64,000 nucleotides of DNA from an uncultured Gammaproteobacteria bacterium. GTDB lineage: Bacteria; Patescibacteriota; Patescibacteriia; Patescibacteriales; UBA12465. Every line of letters begins with the position of its first letter. The stretch's first letter is position 1. The stretch spans positions 65,109 to 129,108 of the forward strand of contig CAYPAP010000002.1 of NCBI GenBank assembly GCA_964408775.1. Direction: 5' to 3'. Positions 1 to 9,461 of the stretch are shown here, piece by piece. Made by a program: the position numbers and the translations under genes. The notes below the pieces were generated by a model that searched no databases, was not told where the DNA came from, and worked only from the letters and a program-made list of their open reading frames with translations.

Positions 1-2
1 AA

Positions 3-1448
3 GATGGAATTAATAATGGTTCTTACGCCTTGTCTTTTTGTTTGGGTGGAGTTTCCGAGAATTTAACAGCTGGGCCCAAAATAGCCACTCCTGAGGCTTG
101 GTTTTCAACAGCTTCTTCGGGCCCAAGCGAGGAATTACTATCTATTTCTAAAAGTGGAACAGGAAGTGGTACTGTTAGCAGTTCTCCTTCCGGTATAGAT
201 TGTGGCTCAACTTGTTTTTATTCTTATGAACAAGATACTTCAGTAACACTATCGGCCAGTTCTTCTGTCGGTAGTACTTTTTCTGGTTGGTCGGGCGCTT
301 GTTCGGGTACTGGTTCTTGTGAAGTTTCTATGACCGAACCTAAGTCAGCAACAGCAAGCTTTACTATTAATAATTATGCCCTATCAGTGTCTAAGAGTGG
401 GGCAGGAAGTGGTACTGTTAGTAGTTCTCCTTCGGGTATAGATTGTGGTGCCAGTTGTTCTGGTGATTTTGACTATGGGACTTCGGTTACTCTAAGTGCC
501 GTCGCTCCAGTCGGTAGCGTTTTTACCGGATGGTCGGGCGAGGGTTGTTCAGGAACCGGAACCTGCGTTATTTCTGTCACCGAAGCTAAAAGTGTTAGCG
601 CTAATTTTGATATAAGTTATTGTAGTTTAGATATAAGTAATGTTGTTTTTGAAGATTTTTTTACAGGTTCCACTCTGGATACTGATAAATGGACAGAAAT
701 TGGTGCTAGCTTTGGGTCGATTTCTGTTGCTGATGGTTATTTAAATATAGTTAACCAAACTGGCGGAAGTAGCAGTTTTATAGGCGCGGCTACTAAAGAT
801 TTTAGATTACAAGTTGGTCAAATTATAGAAACAAGAGTAAAAAATACCTCTGGTAGGCATTCAGCAGTAATTGCCTTTGGTCAGGCTAATTGGTATCCCT
901 ATCCTCATGGAGGTAGTATCGGGGCTTCTTTGTATTCTAGGGCTGACGCTAAAACAGCTACAATATCTTTAAGGAGAGCTAATAATACAACAAGCTCAGG
1001 CTCTCCAACTATCCAGGATTATACTGATTTTAGAGTTTTAAAAATGTTTAGGTTAACCCAAGATCTAATCGAGTTTTATGCTGACGGAACAAAGGTTGGT
1101 CAATTTACCGATGCTGGATTATCGGCCGGTTACGCTGTTTATTATTCATACGATGGTCATACTAAACCAAATACCGCCGTAATAGATTATTTATTAGTTT
1201 TCTCTGAGGGGGGAACAGTTAGCCCTGTTGTCAGTGAAGATCGAGTTTGTGGAACAGAGGTAACTCTAACCGCTGCTCCTAGCACTGGCTATGTCTTTGT
1301 TTCTTGGACGGATGAAGGTGATAATGTTTTAAGTACTAATAATCCATATTCCTTTAATCTTTCAACTAATCAAACAATAAAAGCAAATTTTTCTGACACG
1401 AGCCCTCCTCCTCCGGATGATGATCCTCCAGGGCCACAACCAATTTAA
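3..1448 (+). CDS. secreted/surface protein with its 5' end outside the window: tandem InlB-B-repeat-like Cys modules, a concanavalin/LamG-like central domain and a Pro-rich tail
   Basis: The frame is open from the window edge, with no stop before the TTG at 30. Two ~80-aa repeats match SKSG.GSGTVSSSPSGIDCG..C...TSVTLSA...GS.F.GWSG.CSGTG.C...E.KS..A.F, and a third degenerate copy lies near the C-terminus (GTEVTLTAAPSTGYVFVSWTD). TAA at 1446-1448 is followed by a hairpin terminator. Confidence 0.8.
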   Translation, partial: DGINNGSYALSFCLGGVSENLTAGPKIATPEAWFSTASSGPSEELLSISKSGTGSGTVSSSPSGIDCGSTCFYSYEQDTSVTLSASSSVGSTFSGWSGACSGTGSCEVSMTEPKSATASFTINNYALSVSKSGAGSGTVSSSPSGIDCGASCSGDFDYGTSVTLSAVAPVGSVFTGWSGEGCSGTGTCVISVTEAKSVSANFDISYCSLDISNVVFEDFFTGSTLDTDKWTEIGASFGSISVADGYLNIVNQTGGSSSFIGAATKDFRLQVGQIIETRVKNTSGRHSAVIAFGQANWYPYPHGGSIGASLYSRADAKTATISLRRANNTTSSGSPTIQDYTDFRVLKMFRLTQDLIEFYADGTKVGQFTDAGLSAGYAVYYSYDGHTKPNTAVIDYLLVFSEGGTVSPVVSEDRVCGTEVTLTAAPSTGYVFVSWTDEGDNVLSTNNPYSFNLSTNQTIKANFSDTSPPPPDDDPPGPQPI

Positions 1449-1475
1449 ACTTTATCCATTTTTTAAAAATAATTT

Positions 1476-1499
1476 AAAGAGCCGTTAAGGCTCTTTTGT
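1476..1499 (+). terminator. intrinsic terminator after the surface-protein gene
   Basis: AGAGCC / GGCTCT 6-bp stem, 5-nt loop, then a T-run. Confidence 0.6.
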
Positions 1500-1706
1500 T
1501 ATTATTAATTTGTTTTTAAAATCCTTTTAAAACACAAAATAAAAGTCATAAAATTCAAGGCCTTTTTATGGGATAAGGTTATTGAAGATGTGTTTCGGGG
1601 CGTCTTTATTAAATATTTTATTATTAAAATCCTCGACCAGGTTTTAACGATAGACTAATTTTATCAAGCGCCCCTAAAAGGATTATTATAATTAATAATA
1701 ATAATT

Positions 1707-2702
1707 ATGGATAAGGTTTTTTCTTTTTTAAAAAAATATCGCCGGAAAATTATTTTTATCTCTGTTTTTTTAATAATTTTTGTGTTTATCGTTTTCTTCT
1801 TTCTTAAAACTATTTACGGCTCTTGGTGGACTATTTATCCCCAGCGGGTCAAAAGTTTTATTTCCTTAAATCGTTTGGCTATTTCGGTCTACGAAGACCC
1901 TTGGTGTCGCCTGGATTGTTATTTAGAGCGCCAAATTTATCAGCAGGAGATTGTGAAGTTTATTAAAAATGATAAATTTGCTGAAAAAATAAAGAGGGTA
2001 ATTTTAAATGAAGAAGGAAATTTAGCTTGGCGTTTGGAATTATTAAAAGTTTTATCTTTAGTAGAAAACAGGGAGGGTCTAACTATTTTTAATGACCTGC
2101 GAGACTATCTAAGCAGGACAGATGGTAATTTAGCGGTTAAACAGGCCATTGCTTACTATTTTTTGGATGAAAATTCGGAGGAGTATTTAGATTTATTAAA
2201 AAATCAATTAGCCAATGATTCTTACCCCACAGAAGAAAGACTAACTGTTTTGAAAAATTTAACTTCTTTAAATATCTCTCAAGCTGATTTTTATTTAGCC
2301 TTATTAGAGTTAAGCTCCGAAGATGATTTTAATATTGAATTATTACGAGCCCTAGGTGCCGACGAAGGTCGTTTTTCATTAAATCAAGAAAAATTATTTT
2401 CCAATTTAGAAAAAATTATTTTATCACCCAATTCCAGCTTCACCTCTCGTCGTCTAGCTATATTTATTCTCTCTGATTTTTTGGAAAACGAATTAGAAAA
2501 ATTTGAAGATAAAAATTTTGTTGAAAGCAGAGTTTCGGATGATTTAAATGCTTATGATTTATTTAAGTATTTAATTGCTAATGAAAACATAGACATTTTT
2601 AGCCGGTATTTATTAGTGGATATTTTAAACAATAAGACCGAAACAAAGCAACCCTTGCCAGAAATTTCCACTGAAGAATGGGGGGTTTATTACGCCAATT
2701 AA
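1707..2702 (+). CDS. hypothetical membrane-anchored helical-repeat protein
   Basis: 331-aa ORF with a single N-terminal TM (IIFISVFLIIFVFIVFFFL), followed by a Leu-rich helical-repeat-like sequence. No catalytic motif recognised. Confidence 0.6.
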   Translation: MDKVFSFLKKYRRKIIFISVFLIIFVFIVFFFLKTIYGSWWTIYPQRVKSFISLNRLAISVYEDPWCRLDCYLERQIYQQEIVKFIKNDKFAEKIKRVILNEEGNLAWRLELLKVLSLVENREGLTIFNDLRDYLSRTDGNLAVKQAIAYYFLDENSEEYLDLLKNQLANDSYPTEERLTVLKNLTSLNISQADFYLALLELSSEDDFNIELLRALGADEGRFSLNQEKLFSNLEKIILSPNSSFTSRRLAIFILSDFLENELEKFEDKNFVESRVSDDLNAYDLFKYLIANENIDIFSRYLLVDILNNKTETKQPLPEISTEEWGVYYAN

Positions 2703-2792
2703 AACAAGGACTGGCTTTTAGCCACGATTTACATAAGAGGTGGGGCCGGTGAAAACCGGCTCAATCTCGCTATAATTAATTTTTTTAGATCT

Positions 2793-5700
2793 ATGTTGTT
2801 GAGAAAAAAAACGGCGCTTATTATAAGCGCCTTCGTTTTAAGTTTCTTTCTTAGTTTTTTCTGCGGACATTTGGCTCGGGCCATGCCAGTTGGAACCTTG
2901 CTTTATAGGACTTCCAGTAATGGCAACCTTTACGGCCACAACACTACTGAATTGGTAGTAGTAAAAAACAAAATGGTAAAAAATATTTATACTGGTCATG
3001 TGGCAATGTATATTGGTCAGGAGGATGGAGTTGATTATATAGTAGAGGCTATGCCTGATGGTATTATTAAACTTCCAGCTAAGTATTTTTTAAATTCAAA
3101 AAATGGTGAAAAATTAATTGGAGCCAAGATTCCTAAAAATTTAAGTGAAGTTCAAAGACTTAAAGTGGTAGAGCTAGCCAAACAATTAGCTGATAGTAAT
3201 TTATCCTATGATTTTGATTTCAAAAAACAAAAAGGCCCCAATAGTGGGGAGTGGATTTGTGTTGGATTAACTGAAAAGATTTATGAAAGCGCCAATATTT
3301 CTAACCCCCTGGATTTAAGGGGATTGGAATATGATCCCCAGAAATATGCCGTTGATATTACCCCTGACGGTTTTGATGATTATAGTATTATTGATACTGA
3401 TAGTGGCGATTGCCTTTCACGTAATAGAGAATTTTCTAAAATATCAGCCGATCGTCGCACTATTTTGCCCTTGCCAGAGGTTTTTGGTTTTAATGCTGGA
3501 AGGGAATACAATGGCGAGCGCTATTTCTTCTTTCCCTTAACTCAATATTTTCAGGAAAGTTTAGAAAATGTGTCAGTAGATATTCAATTAGAAAGTGATT
3601 TTATTGATAATAATGTCAGAGGTAAGGTTCCTGAAATAGCCATGATATTTCGTTGGAGCTTGGTTAATAATCCTGTTTCAGCTTTAAAAGGTATGGCCAA
3701 TAAAATAGTTAGCATTTTTTCTGGTGATAAAAATTCTAGTAAGAATAAATTAACTGATTCTGATATCCATTCTTCAGTTGACAATAATATTGAAAAAGAG
3801 GAAGAAGATGTCGGGGAGGACGACTCTCTGTTAGTTAATAATTCAAGCGAAGACATTGTCGCAGTTGTTTCTAATGCTAATACTGAATCAGCCTCGCAAA
3901 TTACCTTAGGCAAAGTTCAAAGTACTATTTCTATAGAGGATGGCCCTGGTTTAAATATTTCAGCTGAAAACCTTAGCTCCTCTAATCAGCCCGATGATTT
4001 TGCCAGCATTGAATTAAATAATCTCACTAACACCTCAACTGAAATCATTGAGGAGGAGGCAGAAGACGTTAAGGAGGAGCCAGAGATTATAGAGAATGAG
4101 TTAGATATTATGTTGGGCTTAGCGCAAAATTTATTAATTAGCAAAATTTACGCTACCTTAAGCGATGACTATATTGAAATTTATAATCCCACCAACAAAA
4201 CTATCGATTTAGAAGAGGCTGGGGTCAGGTTGTATAAGGTTAAAACTAGTGCGACCCCATCCCTTATAATGCGTTTAGGAAATCTTAGCGATGGTTCTTA
4301 CCCCGGAGGAGTAAAAATCTCTCCCTCAGGTCGATATTTAATAGCTAGAGTAAATGCTAGCGAGGAAATAAAATCTCAGGCTCAGGCTATTGCCACCAAA
4401 AGCGATTTTACCTTTGCTGGAAATGGTTACACTATTTATTTGAGTACCGGAGTTGTTTCTAGTGATATTGATGAAGACATTGTTGATAAAGTTGGTTTTG
4501 GTAAGGCTAAATATTTTCGCCAAAAATCAGCTCCAGAAATTTTGGATAATCATATTTTAGTACGTAAGGCTAAAAATAATTCTACGGCAATTTCTATGAA
4601 GACTGGTGAGTCTGATTATTTATTAGGCCATTCTTATAATAGTAAAAATAATTTTTCTGATTTTGTCTTAGTTTCTTTAATAGAAAATAATAATAATGAA
4701 AGTAATTCTAATAATACCAATAACAATTCCAGTAGTTCTAGCACTTCCAATAATTCTAACAGCTCAAATAGCTCTAATACTTCTAATGATAGCTCTTCTA
4801 ACAGTAATTCTGATGATGATTCCTCTGATGACGAAAATAATACTAATGATCAAATAGCTAGCACCACCGAAGAAATAAAGCCCTTGTTAATAAGCAAAAT
4901 TTATACCACTGGCAGCGATTCTTATGTGGAAATTTATAATCCTAATAATCAAGAAATAAATTTAGAAGAAGCTGGAATTAGACTTTATCGAGCTAAAACC
5001 AGCGCTACACCCTCTATTATGATGAGAATAGGGAACTTAAGCGACGGTTCTTATCCGGGCGGGGTCAGTGTTTCTCCTTTTGGCAAATACTTAATAACTC
5101 GTAGCTTGGCCTCCGATGAAACCAAGTCAATGGCCCAGGCTATTTCTACTAGAAGTGAATTCAATTTTCCCTTAGGTGGATATACGGTTTATTTGGCTGA
5201 TGGGGCTGTTTCTTCGGACACCGATGAGGATATTATTGATAAAGTTGGTTTCGGTGACGCTGTTTATTATTGTGCTTTTCCAGCACCTGAAATTTTGGAA
5301 AATAATATTTTAGTTCGCAAGGCTACCAGTACTTCTACCGCTAGGGATATGTCAGTTTATGGTAATCATCATTCTTTGGGAAATAATTATGATACTAAAA
5401 ATAATTTTTCCGACTTTGTTTTAGTGGACTTAAACTTTGATTATTCCCAAGCAGAAGAGACTGAAGGCGGCGATGATGATGAGGAAAACGAAAATACTGA
5501 AGGCGATGAAGATGGTGATGATAATGAACAAGGTGAGGAAGATCATAATCCCGAGGGTGAAGATAATGATGGGGTTATTGATCCTGTTTACCCTGATAAT
5601 AATGAACCTGGTGATAACAACCCCGAAGAGCCCGACCCTGAAGACCCTGATCCCGAAGACCCCGACCCCAGCGATGATTCTGAAGAAAGCGATTCAAGTA

Positions 5701-6404
5701 ACGAAGACGACGATGAGTCTAATAATGAAAATGGGGGAGTTGCTGATTATTGCCTAGCGCCAGGTTTATACTTAGATAATATTATTCATCTTTGGCACGC
5801 TGATGAATGCCAGGGATCCAACACCTTGGATTATATTAGTGGAGAATTGTCGGAAATTAATTTTTCTTGGCAGGAGGGCAAATTTGCTTGTAGTTTTAGG
5901 CAGTATTATGCTAATGGCTATTTAACAAAAACCCTAGACGAATCTTTTAGTTCTAATAATTTCACTCTCTCTTTCTACTATAATAATTTAAACATTAATT
6001 CGCGCCCAGAAATGAAGTTCTCTAATTCTATTAGTGGAGATTTTTTTAGGATTAGACTTTACCCCACTAATACCGATTTTTATAATACCCCCGGAGCTTA
6101 TCTAAAAGATTATGCTTTAGTTTGGCCTAGCGACGGACAATGGCATTTTTTTACTTGGGTGGTTAATAAACCGGAAAATTATTGGGTACTATATCGTGAC
6201 GGGGTAGAGGTTTATCGGAAAAATATGGAAAGCTCGCTTTTTATTGAGGTAGATGAATTTAGAATAAAGGGTGATAATAATTATAATTTAATGGATGAAA
6301 TTGCTATTTTCAATCGAGCCCTATCACCAACTGAAATTGCTGATATTTATGACACCGACCTTCCTCTAAATCACATTAATTGCCAGGCAAGTCTGGTTGA
6401 CTAA
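2793..6404 (+). CDS. giant secreted multidomain protein: signal peptide, YiiX-like permuted papain (NlpC/P60-type) domain, 2x lamin-tail domain (LTD), acidic linker, C-terminal LamG domain
   Basis: The signal peptide ends at HLARA. The His-then-Cys order (GHVAMYIG...VEA, then GEWICVGLTEKIYE) is typical of permuted papain amidases (approx 2895-3393). Two LTD-like modules begin LLISKIY...Y(I/V)EIYNP (4131-4679 and 4884-5432). There are N/S-rich and D/E/P-rich linkers. The C-terminal LamG signature is LMDEIAIFNRALSPTEIADIY (approx 5745-6404). Confidence 0.85.
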   Translation: MLLRKKTALIISAFVLSFFLSFFCGHLARAMPVGTLLYRTSSNGNLYGHNTTELVVVKNKMVKNIYTGHVAMYIGQEDGVDYIVEAMPDGIIKLPAKYFLNSKNGEKLIGAKIPKNLSEVQRLKVVELAKQLADSNLSYDFDFKKQKGPNSGEWICVGLTEKIYESANISNPLDLRGLEYDPQKYAVDITPDGFDDYSIIDTDSGDCLSRNREFSKISADRRTILPLPEVFGFNAGREYNGERYFFFPLTQYFQESLENVSVDIQLESDFIDNNVRGKVPEIAMIFRWSLVNNPVSALKGMANKIVSIFSGDKNSSKNKLTDSDIHSSVDNNIEKEEEDVGEDDSLLVNNSSEDIVAVVSNANTESASQITLGKVQSTISIEDGPGLNISAENLSSSNQPDDFASIELNNLTNTSTEIIEEEAEDVKEEPEIIENELDIMLGLAQNLLISKIYATLSDDYIEIYNPTNKTIDLEEAGVRLYKVKTSATPSLIMRLGNLSDGSYPGGVKISPSGRYLIARVNASEEIKSQAQAIATKSDFTFAGNGYTIYLSTGVVSSDIDEDIVDKVGFGKAKYFRQKSAPEILDNHILVRKAKNNSTAISMKTGESDYLLGHSYNSKNNFSDFVLVSLIENNNNESNSNNTNNNSSSSSTSNNSNSSNSSNTSNDSSSNSNSDDDSSDDENNTNDQIASTTEEIKPLLISKIYTTGSDSYVEIYNPNNQEINLEEAGIRLYRAKTSATPSIMMRIGNLSDGSYPGGVSVSPFGKYLITRSLASDETKSMAQAISTRSEFNFPLGGYTVYLADGAVSSDTDEDIIDKVGFGDAVYYCAFPAPEILENNILVRKATSTSTARDMSVYGNHHSLGNNYDTKNNFSDFVLVDLNFDYSQAEETEGGDDDEENENTEGDEDGDDNEQGEEDHNPEGEDNDGVIDPVYPDNNEPGDNNPEEPDPEDPDPEDPDPSDDSEESDSSNEDDDESNNENGGVADYCLAPGLYLDNIIHLWHADECQGSNTLDYISGELSEINFSWQEGKFACSFRQYYANGYLTKTLDESFSSNNFTLSFYYNNLNINSRPEMKFSNSISGDFFRIRLYPTNTDFYNTPGAYLKDYALVWPSDGQWHFFTWVVNKPENYWVLYRDGVEVYRKNMESSLFIEVDEFRIKGDNNYNLMDEIAIFNRALSPTEIADIYDTDLPLNHINCQASLVD
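4131..5432 (+). repeat. intragenic tandem duplication of a ~180-aa LTD module separated by an N/S-rich low-complexity linker
   Basis: Modules 4131-4679 and 4884-5432 are collinear and roughly 60% identical at protein level by eye (LGNLSDGSYPGGV, DEDI(V/I)DKVGFG, NNFSDFVLV). Confidence 0.8.
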
Positions 6405-6475
6405 AAGATTTGTTTTTGGTATTATTTCTAATAGAATTGCTTTTAAAATTAATAGTTTTAATAGCAATTCTATTA

Positions 6476-6860
6476 GATCAAATAGATGGTTACTGTCATT
6501 ATTATTTATTAATAAAGGCAGAGGAAAGTCCGGACTCTCAACAGTTGATAGTGGATAACGTCCACCGCTTTGTATCACTTCGGTGCTATAAAGTAGGGAA
6601 AGTGCCACAGAGACAATACTATCTCTAGCTTTCGGGTTAGAGAGAAAGGTGAAAAGTTGATTGAGGTTAATTTATTAGCCACAATCTTTGCCCTTTGGTA
6701 ACAAAGGTGTCAGGGTAAACCCTATCAGAGAGCAAGAGTAAACCATGCCTTCGGGTATGACGAAAAGTAACTCGCACGAGCTAATTAGTAATAATTAGCC
6801 TAGATAAATGACCATCACGGAGCTTCGGCTCTGGACAGAATCCGGCTTATTTTTTGATCT
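6476..6860 (+). ncRNA. rnpB: RNase P RNA, bacterial type A
   Basis: Universal motifs are present in the correct order: GAGGAAAGTCCGG (P4 5' strand), GGATAACGTCCACC, AGGGAAAGTGCCACAGA, GGGTAAACCC..AGAGAGCAAG and ACAGAATCCGGCTTA (P4 3' strand). A putative P1 pairs GATCAAA (6476-6482) with TTTGATC (6853-6859). This is a GC-rich structured island in an AT-rich intergenic gap. End points are approximate. Confidence 0.92.
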
Positions 6861-6881
6861 TTTTTATTATTTACTTATTTT

Positions 6882-8321
6882 ATGAAAAAAATCGATTTAT
6901 TTTTTTCTTTTATTTTAGTCCCGCTGGACTTTATTTTGTTAGTTTTAGCTGGAGTTTCAGCTTATTTTATTAGGTTTTCTCGCTTCACTACCGAAATTAG
7001 GCCCATAATATTTGAATTAGACTTCGCTGTTTATTTCAAAATAGTTTTATTTGTGGCTTTTTTGTGGGTAATTATTTTTGCCCTTTCTTCGCTTTATTCC
7101 ATGACTAGCCGAAGGTTGAGTCAGGAAATTCATCGAATTTTTTTAGCTTGTTCGGCTGGGTTTGTTTTGGTGATAATTCTGATATTTTTCCAAAGAGAAT
7201 TGTTTGATTCTCGTTTTATAGTATTAATGGCCTGGTTTTTGGCTATAATCTATGTTTCCCTGGGGAGAATAATTGCTTATTGGATAAAAAAATCTTTGTA
7301 TGCTCAGGGTTTTGGTAATAAAAATGTGATCTTAGTTGGTTCTAGCAAAACAGGGGATAACCTTATTAAAGAATTTTTTAATAAAAAATATTCTGGTTAC
7401 AAGGTCGTAAAGCGAGTGAGAGATTTTTCTATTGAAACAGCTAGAGATTTAAGTGTTTTTATAGAAGAATTCAATAAAGAAGGGAAGTTAAGGAATGAAA
7501 GAGTTGATGAAATAATTCAAAGTGACCCAAATCTAAGTAAGGTAGAGACTTTACGCTTATATGATTTTGCTAATGAATATCATATTACTTTCAAATATGT
7601 AGCTGACTTATTAGAGGTCAAGGTTCTAAAAACTGAGGTTTCTGAGGTTGCTGGAATCCCCATGGTGGAGGTGAAAAGAACCACCCTGGATGGTTGGGGT
7701 AGAATAGTAAAAAGAATCTTTGATATTATTTTTTCTGGGTTGATTATTTTGATTTTGTCTCCAATCATTATTATAACTATTATTTTAATAAAAATTGATT
7801 CTCATGGTCCGGTCTTTTTCTATCGTCGAGATGATGGTTCGCCCGTTTTTCGTGTTGGTCAGGGGGGTAAAACTTTCAGATATTTTAAGTTTCGCTCCAT
7901 GATTCCCGGAACAGATAGTATGCGCTATAACGAGCTATCGGATAAAAATGTTCGTAAAGATGGTCCTATGGTTAAAATTGCCGATGATCCTAGAATTACT
8001 CGGATAGGGAGGTTTATTAGGCGCTGGAGTATTGATGAGTTACCTGAATTATTTTTGGTTTTTGTTGGTAAGATGAGCTTGGTCGGACCTCGTCCTCATT
8101 TACCTGAGGAGGTTGCTAAATATGAGCAGCACCATAAAAAGACCTTAACCGTTAAGCCGGGGATAACTGGTTTAGCTCAGGTTTCTGGACGCAGTGATTT
8201 ATTGTTTGAAGAAGAAGTCAAGTTAGATGTTTATTATATCGAAAATTGGTCCCTCTTATTAGATTTGTCAATACTATTTAGAACGCCTTTGGCTATATTC
8301 AGAAATAGAAAGGCTGAATAA
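6882..8321 (+). CDS. polyprenyl-phosphate glycosyl-1-phosphate transferase (WbaP/EpsB-type bacterial sugar transferase)
   Basis: Multiple N-terminal TMs and a central nucleotide-binding-like domain. The C-terminal sugar-transferase core reads KRIFDIIFSGLIILILSP...FRSM...DELPQL-like (IDELPELFLV)...GPRP...PGITGLAQV. Confidence 0.9.
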   Translation: MKKIDLFFSFILVPLDFILLVLAGVSAYFIRFSRFTTEIRPIIFELDFAVYFKIVLFVAFLWVIIFALSSLYSMTSRRLSQEIHRIFLACSAGFVLVIILIFFQRELFDSRFIVLMAWFLAIIYVSLGRIIAYWIKKSLYAQGFGNKNVILVGSSKTGDNLIKEFFNKKYSGYKVVKRVRDFSIETARDLSVFIEEFNKEGKLRNERVDEIIQSDPNLSKVETLRLYDFANEYHITFKYVADLLEVKVLKTEVSEVAGIPMVEVKRTTLDGWGRIVKRIFDIIFSGLIILILSPIIIITIILIKIDSHGPVFFYRRDDGSPVFRVGQGGKTFRYFKFRSMIPGTDSMRYNELSDKNVRKDGPMVKIADDPRITRIGRFIRRWSIDELPELFLVFVGKMSLVGPRPHLPEEVAKYEQHHKKTLTVKPGITGLAQVSGRSDLLFEEEVKLDVYYIENWSLLLDLSILFRTPLAIFRNRKAE

Positions 8322-8329
8322 TAAAAAAT

Positions 8330-9457
8330 ATGAAAGTTGCTCTAATCCACGATCATTTAGCTCAAGACGGTGGAGCCGAAAAGGTTTTGGAAGTTTTTTG
8401 TCAGATGTTTCCCAAAGCTCCGATCTACACCTTGCTTTATGATAAGAAAAAAGTCGCTCATCGCTATCCAGACAGGCGCATAGATACTTCTATTATCCAG
8501 AAAATGCCTGGCGGTGTTCGGTTTTATCAATGGTACTTACCTTTTATGCCCATGGCAGTAGAGTTTTTTGATTTACGTGAGTATAATTTGGTTATTTCCG
8601 ATACCAGCTCTTTCGCTAAGGGTGTTATAACTCAACCATCCACGGTGCATGTTTGTTATTGCCATACCCCTACTAGATATTTATGGAGCGACACTCATCA
8701 ATATATTAATGAGTTAAAGTATAATAAATTTCTTAAAAAAATAGCTTCTTTAATTTTAAGTCGTATTAGATCCTGGGATAGATTGGCAGCTGATAGAGTC
8801 GATCATTTTATTGCCAACTCTAAGGCTGTTCAGGAGAGAATTACAAAGTATTACAAAAGAGATTCGGTAGTTATTTACCCACCGGTAGAGGTTGATAAAT
8901 TCTTTATCGCCAGGGAATTAGAGGATTTTTTTCTAATAGGTTGTCGATTGGCCCCCTATAAAAGAGTTGATTTAGTAGTAGAAGTGTTTAAAAAGTTGGG
9001 CCTAAATTATAAGTTAAAAGTTTTTGGCGATGGAGTTGATTTGAAGCGTCTTAAGAAAATAGCTAAAAATTGTCCTAATATTGAATTTCTAGGTCGCATC
9101 AGTGATAAGGAGAAGGCTAGATTAATGAGCAAGTGCTTGGCCTTTTTAAACCCCCAAGAAGAAGATTTCGGAATATCCAAGGTGGAAGCTATGGCCTCGG
9201 GTCGTCCAGTTATTGCCTATAAAAAAGGGGGAGCCCTAGAGACTATAATAGAAGGGAAAACCGGAGTGTTTTTTGCTGAGCAAACCGTTGACTCTTTATC
9301 GACTGTTGTACAAAAATTTTATACAGATATAAAAGAGGGGCAGAAAAAATGGGATAGCCAGGAAATTAGGGAACATGCTAAGAAATTTTCTCGAGATAAT
9401 TTTGAGGAAAATATTAAGAATTTTATTGATAAGGTCTATAATAAAGATAAGTTTTAG
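8330..9457 (+). CDS. glycosyltransferase family 4 (GT-B)
   Basis: 375 aa. The C-terminal donor-binding region is EEDFGISKVEAMASGRPVIAYKKGGALETI. It lies 8 nt after the sugar transferase and ends in TAG. Confidence 0.85.
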   Translation: MKVALIHDHLAQDGGAEKVLEVFCQMFPKAPIYTLLYDKKKVAHRYPDRRIDTSIIQKMPGGVRFYQWYLPFMPMAVEFFDLREYNLVISDTSSFAKGVITQPSTVHVCYCHTPTRYLWSDTHQYINELKYNKFLKKIASLILSRIRSWDRLAADRVDHFIANSKAVQERITKYYKRDSVVIYPPVEVDKFFIARELEDFFLIGCRLAPYKRVDLVVEVFKKLGLNYKLKVFGDGVDLKRLKKIAKNCPNIEFLGRISDKEKARLMSKCLAFLNPQEEDFGISKVEAMASGRPVIAYKKGGALETIIEGKTGVFFAEQTVDSLSTVVQKFYTDIKEGQKKWDSQEIREHAKKFSRDNFEENIKNFIDKVYNKDKF

Positions 9458-9461
9458 ATTT

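Noticed and set aside
4681-5745. Repetitive AAT/AGT-rich and GAT/GAA/CCN-rich tracts that might have been taken for a CRISPR-like or satellite array
   Set aside because: They are in frame inside the 1203-aa ORF and encode N/S-rich and D/E/P-rich linkers. There are no unique spacers of constant length and no cas genes.
6366-6628. Two ORFs (80 aa on the minus strand, 72 aa on the plus strand) in the gap after the giant surface-protein gene
   Set aside because: They overlap the RNase P RNA gene, whose universal motifs explain the sequence conservation. There are no coding features.
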